Shown here: positions 37,579 through 51,564 of the stretch, one piece after another
Position numbering within the stretch: the stretch's first letter is position 1
How the letters are laid out: each line of letters begins with the position of its first letter
Source: Mytilus trossulus
Lineage: Eukaryota
NCBI RefSeq assembly: GCF_036588685.1
Contig: NC_086376.1
Location: 8,184,001 to 8,248,000 of the forward strand
DNA: 64,000 nucleotides
Direction: 5' to 3'
Program-made: the position numbers and the translations under genes
Notes under the pieces: generated by a model
Seen by the model: the letters and a program-made list of their open reading frames with translations, nothing else
Told to the model about the DNA's origin: nothing
Databases searched by the model: none

Positions 37579-38914
37579 GTATAGTTTGTTCATGATTAAA
37601 CATGACTACTAATTAACGATATTTGTATGCCATACCAACATCGCATATTTCAATGTTTTTATGCACAGCACGTCTATGGTAAAGTATTATAACCGATGTC
37701 ATCATATCCGTATTTGTTCAAGTTTTTATTTGCTTTGTTTTCACTTATTTGTTATACACAAGAATGGCAAATCAAAATACCGATCTTTTGACGTAATTCG
37801 TTTAATCACTACAAATTAGATTTAGATAAGTGTTGCTTCCGGTTATATTTTAATAGTGATTTGTAATAAAAAAAAATATACCCATACATAAGAATTTAAA
37901 AAATAATCAATTTGATAAATGATAAACCAGGATTGACAAATATTAGGATACTGAAATATCCAATATGACAGTTTACAATTGATTATATTATTTGAAATGT
38001 GCCTGTGAAATTTAGTAGATAAGGGGAGAAAAGTCATGCAGTGTATATACAAGGCAATACCAATATATCACAGGAAGCACGCTTTGATTTCTGTTTTCAT
38101 TAGGATCGTTAAGATTCATTAGCATTTATATTTGTATATAGATGAATGCAGATACAATTCGACTCAACCATGTTTATCCAGTACTTCCGTCCTGTATATG
38201 CGAATTAAGCTGAGCTGTTGTCATACAAACATCCAACTTAGATGCCATCGAGAACATCGTGTCGTCTGGAATAACAAGATGATGATCTAAATGTGTAGTA
38301 GTCAGCACATTTTCACATTGAGATTGTCATCCCAAGGACAACAATAACAATAATGCCTCGGCTCGCTTCCGTGTTCTGTTTAGTACTATTATGTCAAATT
38401 CTATTCTGAACTACATTGCAATATTTCCATGTGTGAAATAAACAGCTCGATAAAATTTACAGCAATGATAAGAGAGAGGCGAAGGATACCGAAGTGACAT
38501 TCAAACGCACACATCGAAATTAAACCAACGTTTTTGGTGGGGTTCGTGTAACTTAGTCTCTAATTTTCTATATTGTCTTTTGTGTACTATTACACTAACT
38601 ATCTACATTAAAGAAACACAAGTGGGGGACTTCTAACCAGAATTTATATGACAAACGTGAAATGTTCAACATTCTAATTGTCGACTACTCATTTATTAGC
38701 AGTAACATCCCCTATGCTCACTCTCACGTTTCTGTATACTCGTTTGATCTGTGTGTTAAGCGAGTGTGTCCTTATCTTCATTTAACCTTTTACCTGAGTC
38801 AATTTACGAGTTTTGAACATCAGTCACGTAATGTCGCCTTAATTCGCAGTGTAAAAAGTAAATCACATAAAAAATTTACTCCGAAGAAAATTCATAAGGG
38901 AAAGTCTGTAGATT

Positions 38915-39241
38915 AGTTTATTTACAGCCACCGGGTAGATGCCACTGCTGGTGGAGTTTTTATTAACCGAGGGTATCACCAGCCCAGAAGTCATCACCTC
39001 TGTGTTGGCCTGAATTATCATTGATATGGTTGTGATTAACAATTAACTGTTAACAAAACTTTGAATTTTTGAAAAACTAAGGCTTTTCTACCTCAGAAGT
39101 AGATTAAGTTAGCTGTATTTGGCAAACATTTATGATTTGTGGTCTTCAGGGCTCTTCATCGTCGTACTTTATTTGGCTTCACTATTTTTGTATTCGAGCG
39201 TCACGGTGATTCTCCCGTAGACGAAACGCGCGTCAGGGCGT
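38915..39241 (+). mobile_element. Diverged retrozyme copy with mutated hammerhead core
   Basis: GATGCCACTGCTGGTGG...GAGGGTATCACCAGCCCAG...GAGCGTCA CGGTGA ...AGACGAAACGCGCGTC. Confidence 0.8.
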
Positions 39242-42200
39242 CCCTAAAAAGGGAATAATTAAAATATCAAACACTTCAAATGAATGGACAACAAATTTCA
39301 TATTCCTGATTTCGTTCAGGCATTTTCTTACGTAGAAAAAGCAGAATACATTTTTCCGTCCGTTTGATATGATTGAATTTTGATTTTGACATTTGTTTAG
39401 TGACTTTGCGTTTTGGCGTTTTCCTGCAGTTCTGTTTTTTTCTGCTTATTATAATTTTGCTTGCTCAGGATCTACACGTTTGATTTTTGTCAAGTTTTTG
39501 TCAAACTTGTCAAACACATGGAATTCCATTTTATTTTTGGCTTGGCTCCATAAAACAACAGTTGATTGTAGGCCGTTATCTTCTAAAAGTACTTGATAAA
39601 ATCAGTTTACACATTTTCGAGTAGTAAAATTGCAGTAGCAACTCCCGAAGCAAACATTCCGCCAGACATACAAGTACATTTAAATGTGTTTATGAATATA
39701 TGGTTGTTTTTATTACGAAAAATACAATTTAAAATACTAATAAGGCCAACCCCGATAAATTTCACTTATTAAATCCTACATCTCAAATCACAGTCAACTT
39801 GAATAGTTCGGAATTAAAAGATGTCACACTTCTGTACTCAAGCTAGAAAAGACCAATTTCTTTCACAAAGAGCTGTCAGCTTAAGTACTGTTCCGAATAT
39901 ATTTTACTGTGGTCAATTTCTTAACCATGATACACAGATTGCAATATTTGCGACAACTTTGGTGGCCTTCGGCTGTTGTCCGCTCTATGATCGGGTTGTT
40001 GTCGCTTTGACACACTCCCCATTTTCTTTCTCAATTTTATTTTATTAACTAAACAAGTTTATAGTAGAGACATTGACGAAGGCTTTTTTGTGAGTAGGAG
40101 TGTCATGCATGCTGACCTAAAAGTTTAAATCAATAAAAAGTTCCTTCGAACAGTTTATTGTGAAAATTTGGCGGATTTATAAAGAATACACAATTGGATA
40201 AACATTTTGACATATTTTTACTAGGACAAAAAATTACCTAAACCCAATTATAAACAGTCCATCGCTAACATTATCATGTTTAATCGAAAGTTCTAAAATA
40301 GTTTACTGATAAAAGGAACGGGAACATTACATATATAGCTAGATTTGCCGTTTCACATGTTAGGTGCGTGAAGAAGTTCAGTGCCACGTTTTTAGTTATT
40401 TGTATTTGTATTTTTTAAAGAGTAAGTTTATGTAAATGGCAGATCAGTCTCGTGTTTATCAAACTCCGAAACAGCGGTGACGTCGCTTTGCTAAACTGGC
40501 AACGTAGCGTAGCAGAGATGACGTTACCACTGTTAATCTTTTATAATTTTATTTTGATGACATTGTGGTTGCTATCTAATTAAGTTTAACCCTTCTTCCC
40601 TTTCAATAAATAAACTCGTTTCGACAAGCAAAAGTCATATACACCATGCTTTAACTTAACAAACGAGTAAACTCTTTGGAATTTATAATTTGTTTATACC
40701 AAATAATTTTTGATCGAATATACACTCCTGTTTAGATTTTTGAAATGTATATATACGGTGTTGGTTATCTATCGCACATATAAATTGATGATTTTAATAT
40801 TCAATCACGAAATAGTCCAATCCCTAAGTTATAAACACGAAACATGTCCATTAATGAATTAATGTATCCACGTCCTTACATTTGTGGGAAATTCAATCAA
40901 TTAGCATATGAACGACGTAGACAGTAAAAAAAATGACAAAGCGTTAAAATATATTTCATTAATGAAAATTATGAATGGATGAATTTATTTCAATTTACAA
41001 ACATCTGATTAAGTTATACGTAATGTCAATGACAAATTGATTATTTTTTTGTGTTTACTTTTTCCTATTAAAACTAACCCTGATGTTGACTAATGATGCA
41101 AAATCTTCATTACATCCCGATATAAATCTGCAGATTTATAAATATAACCACCAAGAGAGTTTCATCGTTCCGCACGCTGTCTCATTTTGATAGTCTCTAT
41201 TCTTATTTCCGTTAAGTGTAATTATTCATAGTTATTACATGTGTATCCCTATTGCAAATAAAGGCTACAACTGTTTAATCAGAACGTGCCTTTTGACATC
41301 AAAAGTCAAGTTTATGTGAAAAGTAACCCACGCTGTTTGTTAATGTCTGACATGGAAGTTTTGTACATGTTACATGGGAGCTAAGACATGCATTTGATAT
41401 GTAGGTACTGTGAGATGATTGATAAAATTATACTATGTCAGTACTTTAAGGATGCTAATTATCATTCGAACAATTTCCTACATTAAACATTAATGGAAAT
41501 TTGTCTCTTTTTATACGTTAAACGGTTTCAACATGCCATTCCACGAATCATTACCTAAGATTTAACTCATTAGCATTTTTGGGCCAAATATAGCAATGGC
41601 TAAAATAAAAAGTTAAAAAAGAAGTCTTCAATTAAAATTCAATCATAAAAATTGTGATTTTTGTTGAATAAACAACAATATTTACTTTCTTCGAATTACG
41701 TTGTAAACAATGTAGCATATTATTCGACCATCCTCAAATCAACATTAAATTTGGCACTTTACATATAATGTATACAGTCTAAATAAAGCATCATCAACTT
41801 ATTTTGATTTTGAACGAGAAAGGTAACCCAGGTGCAGAGGACCAGCTTCGTGATCAATGAATGAACTAACTTCACATTACGAATTGTCCCCCTTTAAGCT
41901 GCTTATAGAATCCGTTGAAATGTCAAAAAACAGAACAAAACTATTTTTATTTACCTGTGAACGTTGTTTTGTTTCGCGGCATTTTGTGCAAGTTTATGGT
42001 TGTCTTTCTGATAGTGTTTACATCTAACCTCCTTAATTACATAATTTTGTATTTACATTTTGTCATAAATCACATTTATTCGTTCAGGGTATATTTTATT
42101 TGTTGAGTCTTGTCCCATTAACACGTTTTTCTATATGTGCCCTGATGAAATGCCTGTGCCAATTAAGGAATATGTCAGTTGTTTTCCATTCGTTTGATAT

Positions 42201-42726
42201 GTTTGAGCTTTTGATTACGGGCTTTCCATTTTGAATTTCCCTCGGCGTTCGTTATTTTTGTTAATTTTCTTTTTGTGAACTAAATAAAACAATACAGAAA
42301 AGGCCAACTACACTCAAATTGTTTAGCATTGGACGAAAGCTCGTTCAACGACCAAAACCGGTCAGACATTCTTTCTGGTGCAAATCAGTATCGTTACCAG
42401 GGCTATACGTTATCGGTGCGAAGTGCTTATCTTTTTCTTCATAGTTCTGCTTTCTTCGGAGATATTCTGGACGTAGCTTTGATCTCAAATATTATGTTAT
42501 TGATTGATACTACTCAAGACTCGTAGAGATTTTAACTTTTTTGTGACCACTTTGCTGATTCTAATTTGACATGACGAGATAGTTTACTAAACACTTTGCC
42601 AATTCTGGTTTTATAAGCAAAAAACTTACAAACTCTGAGCTCATTCTTGTTTTAATAAGCCAAGATGAAAAACATAATCTCTTTGCTCATTAAACATAAA
42701 CTCTTTGCTTATTTTATTTTACAGCA

Positions 42727-42973
42727 AAATGACTTGAGTGTGCATATTAAGGTAATATACTTGGCTTGCTTGCTAGCAGAACCGTGAATCGTTGTTATGT
42801 TAAGTATAATACCTTCATTTATGAGTAGTCGAGTCATATCGACAGATAGATGAGTTATCTGTCGGACTAGTCTACTCTTAAAATAGGATAGTATTATCTA
42901 ACTTATATTAATTTCATGGTTCAGCTAGCAAGCAAGCAAAAAAAATACATTTACCAACACAGTCAAGTCGTTT
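42727..42973. mobile_element. Fully palindromic MITE (~245 bp)
   Basis: Ends GACTTGAGTGTG / CACAGTCAAGTC; internal GCTTGCTTGCTAGC / GCTAGCAAGCAAGC and GACAGATA / TATCTGTC. Confidence 0.75.
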
Positions 42974-42985
42974 GGGTTTTATTGA

Positions 42986-43255
42986 ACCGAGACAACCTAC
43001 TTCACTCATTGTTCATGCTAATGTAATAAGCCAAGATAACCTACTTAACTCTTTGTTCATGCTAATGTAATACGTCAAGATAACCAAAGTAACTCTTTGT
43101 TTATTCCAATGTTATGGGCCAAGTTATCTTATGTAACTCATTCTAATGTAGTAAGCCAAGATAACATAATTAACCCTTGGTTCATTCTAATGTTATAAAC
43201 CAAGATAACCTACTTTTCTCAATTTTGATACCAATGGAATAAGCCAAGATAACTT
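42986..43255. repeat. 44-bp minisatellite, ~6 diverged copies
   Basis: AAGCCAAGATAACCTACTTAACTCTTTGTTCAT-type unit. Confidence 0.85.
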
Positions 43256-43262
43256 AGCAAAT

Positions 43263-45315
43263 CCGTATGACAGATAGGTGCTACAGCTGATATATATAGT
43301 CAGACTGTATGATAGATAGATGCAACAGCTGGTATGTGTAGCCAGCCCGTATGACAGATAGGTGCTACAGCTGATATGTGTAGCCAGCCCGTATGACAGA
43401 TAAGTGCTACAGCTGTTATGTATAGCCAGACTATATGATAGATAGGTGCTACAGCTGGTATGTATAGCCAGACTGTATGATAGATAGGTGCTACAGCTGG
43501 TATGTATAGCCAGACTGTATGATAGATAGGTGCTACAGCTGGTATGTATAGCCAGCATGTATAGATAGGTGCTACAGCTGGTATGTATAGCCAGACTGTA
43601 TGATAGATAGGTGCTACAGCTGGTATGTATAGCCAGACTGTATGATAGATAGGTGCTACAGCTGGTATGTATAGCCAGACTATATGATAGATAGGTGCTA
43701 CAGCTGGTATGTATAGCCAGACTGTATGATATATAGGTGCTACAGCTGGTATGTATAGCCAGACTATATGATAGATAGGTGCTACAGCTGGTATGTATAG
43801 CCAGACTGTATGATAGATAGGTGCTACAGCTGGTATGTATAGCCAGCCCGTATAGATAGGTGCTACAGCTGGTATGTATAGCCAGACTGTATGATAGATA
43901 GGTGCTACAGCTGGTATGTATAGCCAGACTGTATGATAGATAGGTGCTACAGCTGGTAAGTATAGCCAGACTATATGATAGATAGGTCCTACAGCTGGTA
44001 TGTATAGCCAGACTGTATGATAGATAGGTGCTACAGCTGGTATGTATAGCCAGACTGTATGATAGATAGGTGCTACAGCTGGTATGTATAGCAAGACTGT
44101 ATGATAGATAGGTGCTTCAGCTGGTATGTATAGCCAGACTGTATGATAGATAGGTGCTACAGCTGGTATGTATAGCCAGACTATATGATAGATAGGTGCT
44201 ACAGCTGGTATGTATAGCCAGACTGTATGATAGATAGGTGCTACAGCTGGTATGTATAGCCAGACTGTATGATAGATAGGTGCTACAGCTGGTATGTATA
44301 GCCAGACTTTATGGTAGATAGGTGCTACAGCTGGTATGTATAGCCAGACTGTATGATAGATAGGTGCTACAGCTGGTATGTATAGCCATCCCGTATAGAT
44401 AGGTGCTACAGCTGGTATGTATAGCCAGACTGTATGATAGATAGGTGCTACAGCTGGTATGTATAGCCAGCCCGTATAGATAGGTGCTACAGCTGGTATG
44501 TATAGCCAGACTGTATGATAGATAGGTGCTACAGCTGGTATGTATAGCCAGACTGTATGATAGATAGGTGCTACAGCTGGTATGTATAGCCAGACTATAT
44601 GATAGATATGTGCTACAGCTGGTATGTATAGCCAGACTGTATGGTAGATAGGTGCTACAGCTGGTATGTATAGCCAGACTGTATGATAGATAGGTGCTAC
44701 AGCTGATATGTATAGCCAGACTGTATGAAAGATAGGTGCTACAGCTGGTATGTATAGCCAGACTGTATGATAGATAGGTACTACAGCTGGTATGTATAGC
44801 CAGACTGTATGATAGATAGGTGCTACAGCTGGTATGTATAGCCAGACTGTATGATAGATAGGTACTATAGCTGGTATGTATAGCCAGACTGTATGATAGA
44901 TAGGTGCTACAGCTGGTATGTATAGCCAGACTGTATGATAGATAGGTGCTACAGCTGGTATGTATAGCCAGCCCGTATAGATAGGTGATACAGCTGGTAT
45001 GTATAGCCAGACTGTATGATAGATAGGTGCTACAGCTGGTATGTATAGCCAGACTGTATGATAGATAGGTACTACAGCTGGTATGTATAGCCAGACTGTA
45101 TGATAGATAGGTGCTACAGCTGGTATGTATAGCCAGACTGTATGATAGATAGGTGCTACAGCTGGTATGTATAGCCAGCCCGTATGATAGATAGGTGCTA
45201 CAGCTGGTATGTATAGCCAGCCCGTATGATAGATAGGTGCTACAGCTGGTATGTATAGCCAGACTGTATGATAGATAGGTACTACAGCTGGTATGTATAG
45301 CCAGCCCGTATGACA
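43263..45315. repeat. 42-bp minisatellite, ~49 copies (some 39-bp variants)
   Basis: Unit GTATGATAGATAGGTGCTACAGCTGGTATGTATAGCCAGACT. Confidence 0.97.
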
Positions 45316-47556
45316 GAAAGTAGATACAACAGGTCCGTATTGAAATACGTATTAACCAGATTAAACAGTCGTATTAAAAGAATGGTTAATATGAGGTGGA
45401 CGTTTGAATTATATCTTAGTCATGTTTTTTTTTATCATAACAATTCCAATTTAAACATATTATTTAATATTATTATACGTCGTGATAAAATGCCATATTT
45501 TAATTGGCTAATATAATAAGATGGAGATAATTTACTCTATCCCATGGCTGAGCGGGATCCATTTTTTAATGTTACTCTCGTCCAGACCAATCAAAAATAG
45601 ATAATTCAAAGGACAATGAATTTAATTTAGATTAAGTTATTAAAGACTATTATGATTAAGTTCTACGTTTTGGCTCAGATTTTATAATTCAACTTTCAAA
45701 ATAAAAACTAGAGGCTCTAAAGAGCCTGTGTCGCTCACCTTGGTCTATGTTAATATTAAACATTGTACACAGATGGATTCATGACAAAATTGTGTTTTAG
45801 TGATGGTGATGTGTTTGCAGATCTTACTTTACTAAACAATTTTGCTGCTTACAATTATCTCTATCTGTAACAGTAGTTTCTGTGGAAAATGTTGGTGAAC
45901 ATCTACAAATTTTGTGAAAATTGTTAAAAATTGACTATGAAGGTCAATAACTCCTTTGGGGGTCAATTGACTATTTTGGTCATGTTGACTTATTTTTAGT
46001 TCTTACTTTGTTGTACATTATTGCTGTTTACAGTTTATCTCTATCTATAATAATATTCAAGATAATAACAGAAAAACAGCAAAATTTCCTCAAAATTACC
46101 AATTCAGGGGCAGCAACCTAACAACCGATGATCCAATTCATCTAAAAATTGCAGGGTAGATAGATCTTGACCTAATTAACAATTTTACTTCCGATCAGAT
46201 TTGCTCTTAATGCTTTGGTTTTTGAGTTATAAGCCAAAAACTGCATTTTACCCCATGTTCTATTTTTAGCCATGGTGGCCATCTTGGTTTGATTGCCAGG
46301 TCATTGGACACAATTTATAAACTAGATACCCCAATGATGATTGTGGCCAAGTTTCAATTAATTTGGCTCAGTAGTTTCAGAGGAGAAGATTTTTGTAAAA
46401 AATTACTAAGATTTACGAAAAATGGTTAAAAATTGACTTTAAAGGGCAATAACTCCTAAAGTGGTCAACTGACCATTTTGGTCATTTTGACTTATTTGTA
46501 GATCTTACTTTGCTGAACATCATTGCTGTTTACAGTTTATCTCTATCTTAAATAATATTCAAGATAATAACCAAAAACAGCAAAAATTCCTTAAAATTAC
46601 CAATTCAGGGGCAGCAACCTAACAAGGGAATGTCAAATTCATCTGAAAATTTCAGGGCAGATAGAACTTGACCTGATAAACAATTTTACCCAATGTCAGA
46701 TTGCTCTAAATGCTTTGGTTTTTGGGTTATTAGCCAAAAACTGTATTTTACCCCTATGTTCTATTTTTAGCCATGGCGGCCATCTTGGTTGGTTGGCCGG
46801 GTCACCGGACACAATTTTTAAACTAGATACCCCAATGATGATTGTGGCCAAGTTTGGTTAAATTTGGCCCAGTAGTTTCAGAGGAGAAGATTTTTGTAAA
46901 AGTTAACGCCGGACGCAGGACGACGACGACGACGACGGACGACGGACGACGGACGCCAAGTGATGAGAAAAGCTCACTTGACCCTTTGGGCCAGGTGAGC
47001 TAAAAATCAACATATAGCTTCACTTCTGTTCATTTTTCCAATACCCTTAGAGTTGTTCTGTACATGACGGACATTCAGTATAATAAGTTAAATAACACAT
47101 AGCTGATAGGGTGATAGAGCAGATTGATACCTCTCCAAAAAGTATTGTCTAGCTTAGCTTCTCCGCGGTTGATAATGTTTTCTCGGGGTAACAATTTGCT
47201 TTACCCCCCTCTCAACTATGTGTTATTCATATTATGATGATTATTATCTATTTGAATGAATGACCCTGTATCAACAAAAAGTTCTTCTTTTTCTGACAAA
47301 GGCCAGTCATCTTAATTTTGCAACCTTCAGAAATATAATCAAGTCAAGGTTACGATAGATAAACTAGTTTGATATTCTCACTTTCATTATCTTTCGGAAT
47401 ATAACACTTATAAGGAACAAAACATTATCATCACCTTGTTAATATATTGTACAAAAAGAAGAGTTCAACGTATAGAATTACGACAAGTGTGTTAATATCT
47501 ATTAGATATGATTACTCTTCATTTCGTATAGTATCAATATCTTGAACCTTATTGTA
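45316..47556. repeat. Left arm of a large inverted duplication (unique part, interrupted by a HINE)
   Basis: 45316-45706 and 47006-47556 are reverse complements of 49680-50080 and 49073-49680. Confidence 0.92.
45708..47005 (-). mobile_element. Non-autonomous Helentron (HINE/DINE-1/pearl-like) with ~502-bp internal tandem repeat
   Basis: Reverse complement starts TTTTTAGCTCACCTGGCCCAAAGGGTCAAGTGAGCT, then a GTC/GTCC microsatellite, ~2.2 copies of a 502-bp unit and a 3' hairpin AGGCTCTTTAGAGCCT; inserted in a T-run without TSD. Confidence 0.88.
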
Positions 47557-47576
47557 TGAAATTTGAGTTTTATAAA

Positions 47577-48743
47577 ACCGAGATAACCTACTTGACTCTT
47601 AGTTCATTTTAATGTAATAAGCCAAGATAACCTACTTTACTCTTTGTTCATTTAAATGCAATAATCCAAGATAATCTACTTAACTCTTTGTTCATTCTAA
47701 TGCAATAAGCCAAGATAACCTTCTTAACTCTTTGTTCATTTAAATGCAATAATCCAAGATAATCTACTTAACTCTTTGTTCATTCTAATGAAATAAGCCA
47801 AGATAACCTTCTTTACTTTTTGTTCATTTAAATGCAATAATTCAAGATAACCTACTTAACTTTTTGTTCATTCCAATCTCATAAGCCAAGATAACCTTCT
47901 TTACTTTTTGTTCATTTTAATGCAATAATTCAAGAGAACCTACTTAACTCTTTGTTCATTTTAATGCAATAATTCAAGAGAACCTACTTTACTCTTTGTT
48001 CATTTAAATGCAATAATTCAAGATAACCTACTTAACTTTTTGTTCATTCCAATCTCATAAGCCAAGATAACCTTCTTTACTTTTTGTTCATTTTAATGCA
48101 ATAATTCAAGAGAACCTACTTAACTCTTTGTTCATTTTAATGCAATAATTCAAGAGAACCTACTTAACTCTTTGTTCATTTTAATGCAATAATTCAAGAG
48201 AACCTACTTAACTCTTTGTTCATTCCAATGTAATAAGCCAAGATAACCTTCTTTACTTTTTGTTCATTTAAATGCAATAATTCAAGATAACCTACTTAAC
48301 TTTTTGTTCATTCCAATCTCATAAGCCAAGATAACCTTCTTTACTTTTTGTTCATTTTAATGCAATAATTCAAGAGAACCTACTTAACTCTTTGTTCATT
48401 TTAATGCAATAAGCCAAGATAACCTTCTTTACTTTTTGTTCATTTTAATGCAATAATTCAAGAGAACCTACTTAACTCTTTGTTCATTCCAATGTAATAA
48501 GCCAAGATAACCTTCTTTACTTTTTGTTCATTTAAATGCAATAATTCAAGATAACCTACTTAACTTTTTGTTCATTCCAATCTCATAAGCCAAGATAACC
48601 TTCTTTACTTTTTGTTCATTTTAATGCAATAATTCAAGAGAACCTACTTAACTCTTTGTTCATTCTAATGCAATAAGCCAAGATAACCTACTTAATTCTT
48701 TGTTCATTCTAATGCAATAAGCCAAGATAACCTTCTTAACTCT
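47577..48743. repeat. 44-bp minisatellite, ~26 copies
   Basis: Unit AAGCCAAGATAACCTACTTAACTCTTTGTTCATTCTAATGCAAT with recurrent variant blocks. Confidence 0.97.
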
Positions 48744-49072
48744 TATAAATTTGATCTATGACACGTTTTAATTTCAACCGGTTTTTTTTGGTTTATGACT
48801 GTGTTGTTCTCATCTCATTATTATACAAGAAGATGTCTTATGATGACTTTTTAGACAACTCTCCATACAATTTACAATTTGTAAAAAGTAAACCACTATA
48901 GGTCGAAGTACGGCCTTCAATCATATATAGATATATGATAAAAATCAAAACAAACATATAGTGTTATCTATATATAGACATTACTAACAGCTTCTGTTGA
49001 GAGTTGGTTACATATAATTGGATACTGACCTATTGTAATATTAATAACAACATAAGGACATCTTTTGTTTGC

Positions 49073-50512
49073 TACAAAAAGGTTCAAGATATTGATACTA
49101 TACGAAATGAAGAGTAATCATATCTAATAGATATTAACAAACTTATCGTAATTCTAAACGTTGAACTCTTCTCTATGTACGATATATTAACAAGGTGATG
49201 ATAATGTTTTGTTCCTTATAAGTGTTATGTCCGAAAGATAATGAAAGTGAGAATATTAAACTAGTGTATCTATCGTAACCTTGACTTGATTATATTATTG
49301 AAGGTTGCGAAATTAAGATGACTGGTCTTTGTCAGAAAAAGAAGACGTTTTGTTAATACAGGGTCATACATTTAACTAAATATAAAATCATCATTATATG
49401 AATAACACATAGTTGAGAGGGTGATAAAGCAGATTGTTACCCCGAGAAAACATTGTCAACCGCGGAGAAGCAAAGGTTGTCAATATTTTTTGGAGAGGTA
49501 CCAATCTGCTCTATCACTCTCTCAGCTATGTGTTATTTAACTTATTATACTGAATGTCCTATTATTTTTTTTCTTTTACAGACAAATTTTATTTAAAAGC
49601 ATTTTCTATGACGTCATGTACATAATAACGTTAAGGGTATTAGAAAAATGAACAGAAGTGAAGCAAGATGTTTTATTTTTTTTATTTTGAAAGTCAAATT
49701 ATTAAATCTGAGCCAAAACGTAGAACTTATCATAATAGTCTATAATTGCTTAATCGAAATTCAATTCATTGTCCTTTGAATTATCATTTTTTGATTGGTC
49801 TGGACGAGAGAATAACATTTAAAAAAAGGATCCCTCTCAGCCATTGGATAGAGTAAATTATCTCCATCTTATTATATTAGCCATTTAAAATATGGCATTT
49901 TAAGATGACGTATAATAATATTAAATAATATGTTTAAATTGGACTTATTATGATAAAAAAAATCCAACATGACTAAGATATAATTCAAACGTCCACCTCA
50001 TTTTAACCATTCTTTAAATAGGGCTGTTTAATCTGGTTTATATGTATTTCAATATGGACCTGTTGTATTTACCTACAGTTATACGGGCTGGCTACACATA
50101 TCAGCTGTAGTACCTATCTGTCATACAAATTGGCTATACATACCAACTGTAGCTTCTATCTGTCATGCGGACTGGCTACACATATCAGCTGTAGCACATA
50201 TCTTTCATACAGATTGGCTATACATACCAGCTGTAGCTTCTATCTGTTATACAGGCTGGCTACACATATCAGCTGTAGCACCTATCTGTCATACGGATTG
50301 ACTATACATACCAGCTGTAGCTTCTATCTTTCATATGGGCTGGCTACACATATCAGCTGTAGCACCTATCTGTCATACGGATTGGCTATACACACCAGCT
50401 GTAGCTTCTTTCTATCATACGGGCTGGCTACACATATCAGCTGTAGCACCTATCTGTCATACAGATTGGCTATACATACCAGCTGTAGCTTCTATCTATC
50501 ATAAAGACTGGA
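49073..50512. repeat. Right arm of the inverted duplication, including ~10 inverted 42-bp units (50080-50512)
   Basis: For example GGTTCAAGATATTGATACTATACGAAATGAAGAGTAAT (49081) is the reverse complement of 47511-47548. Confidence 0.92.
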
Positions 50513-51564
50513 TACAGACAGACCTGCCACATGGACTGTTTTGAAGTTTTTATTCTGTATTGATTCTTGGTCAGCTGTATTGTTCCTCGGCCCTATGTCA
50601 CTCTGGACCAATACAGTTAAACTTGAATCAATACATGGGCTGATATAGAATCTGCAAATAATTAACACTATATATTATAAAACATTGCTGTAAATGTTAT
50701 TGAATATAAAAGTATCATCACAAGTGCTTTTACCTATAAAATGTTGCAAGTTATTGTAGGAAAATGTAGGTATTGATATTTTGAAATTTGCATACATATT
50801 ATATCATTATTCATCCTGCTATAATTCCATCATTATACCAATAACAGGTTGTCAGTACCTGTTGCACAATCTCATTAAGAATCAAACCATTTTCCTCATC
50901 AAAATAAATTTAAAAAGAAATTGTTATATTTCTATAGACTTAACTCTTGTTCTTGTTCTTGTTTTCAATCTATGCTGAGCGAACGGTATTTATGATGATT
51001 TCGTGTTAAAATACTTCATGTAGGGTCATCTTAGCGGTCCGCGTTTAAAATATGTTGTATATTAAGATATTACCCATACTATTGATAGTGCCTCAAAATA
51101 TATACTTGTAGTTGTGATCATTTAAATTATAGTAAAAATTTACTGACTTTAAGAAAAGGATATCCTGGTATGTAATATTTTCATGTGAAACTGGCCTACC
51201 CTTTAAGTTATATCAAAGTTCACTTAGTATAAGATTCTCGTTCAGCAAATTGAATTACGACTAACAAAATACTTTTCCTTGTGCAAAAATAAATAGAAGT
51301 AATATTATAAAAGAAATGAAACAAATGTTAGCGAATATTTTGTATCTGTTATCCGGTATCAAATGGTATAACCGTATAATAGAAAATACAAACTTCACAA
51401 AACAATACAGACAACTAATGATTGAAAATCGCGTACACTCCATGAAAAAAAAAAAAAAAGTAAATAATGTGTTCAGGGAGGACAAACCTAAACTAATTTA
51501 ACAGAGATGATTGAATATCATAAAACATCATGAAAAAGGAAGTTAGTTGATTACTATTTATAAA

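Noticed and set aside
43193-44094. Long ORFs 43193..43558 and 43300..44094 (also 50130..50544)
   Set aside because: They are translations of the 42-bp satellite (unit divisible by 3), with no splice or homology support
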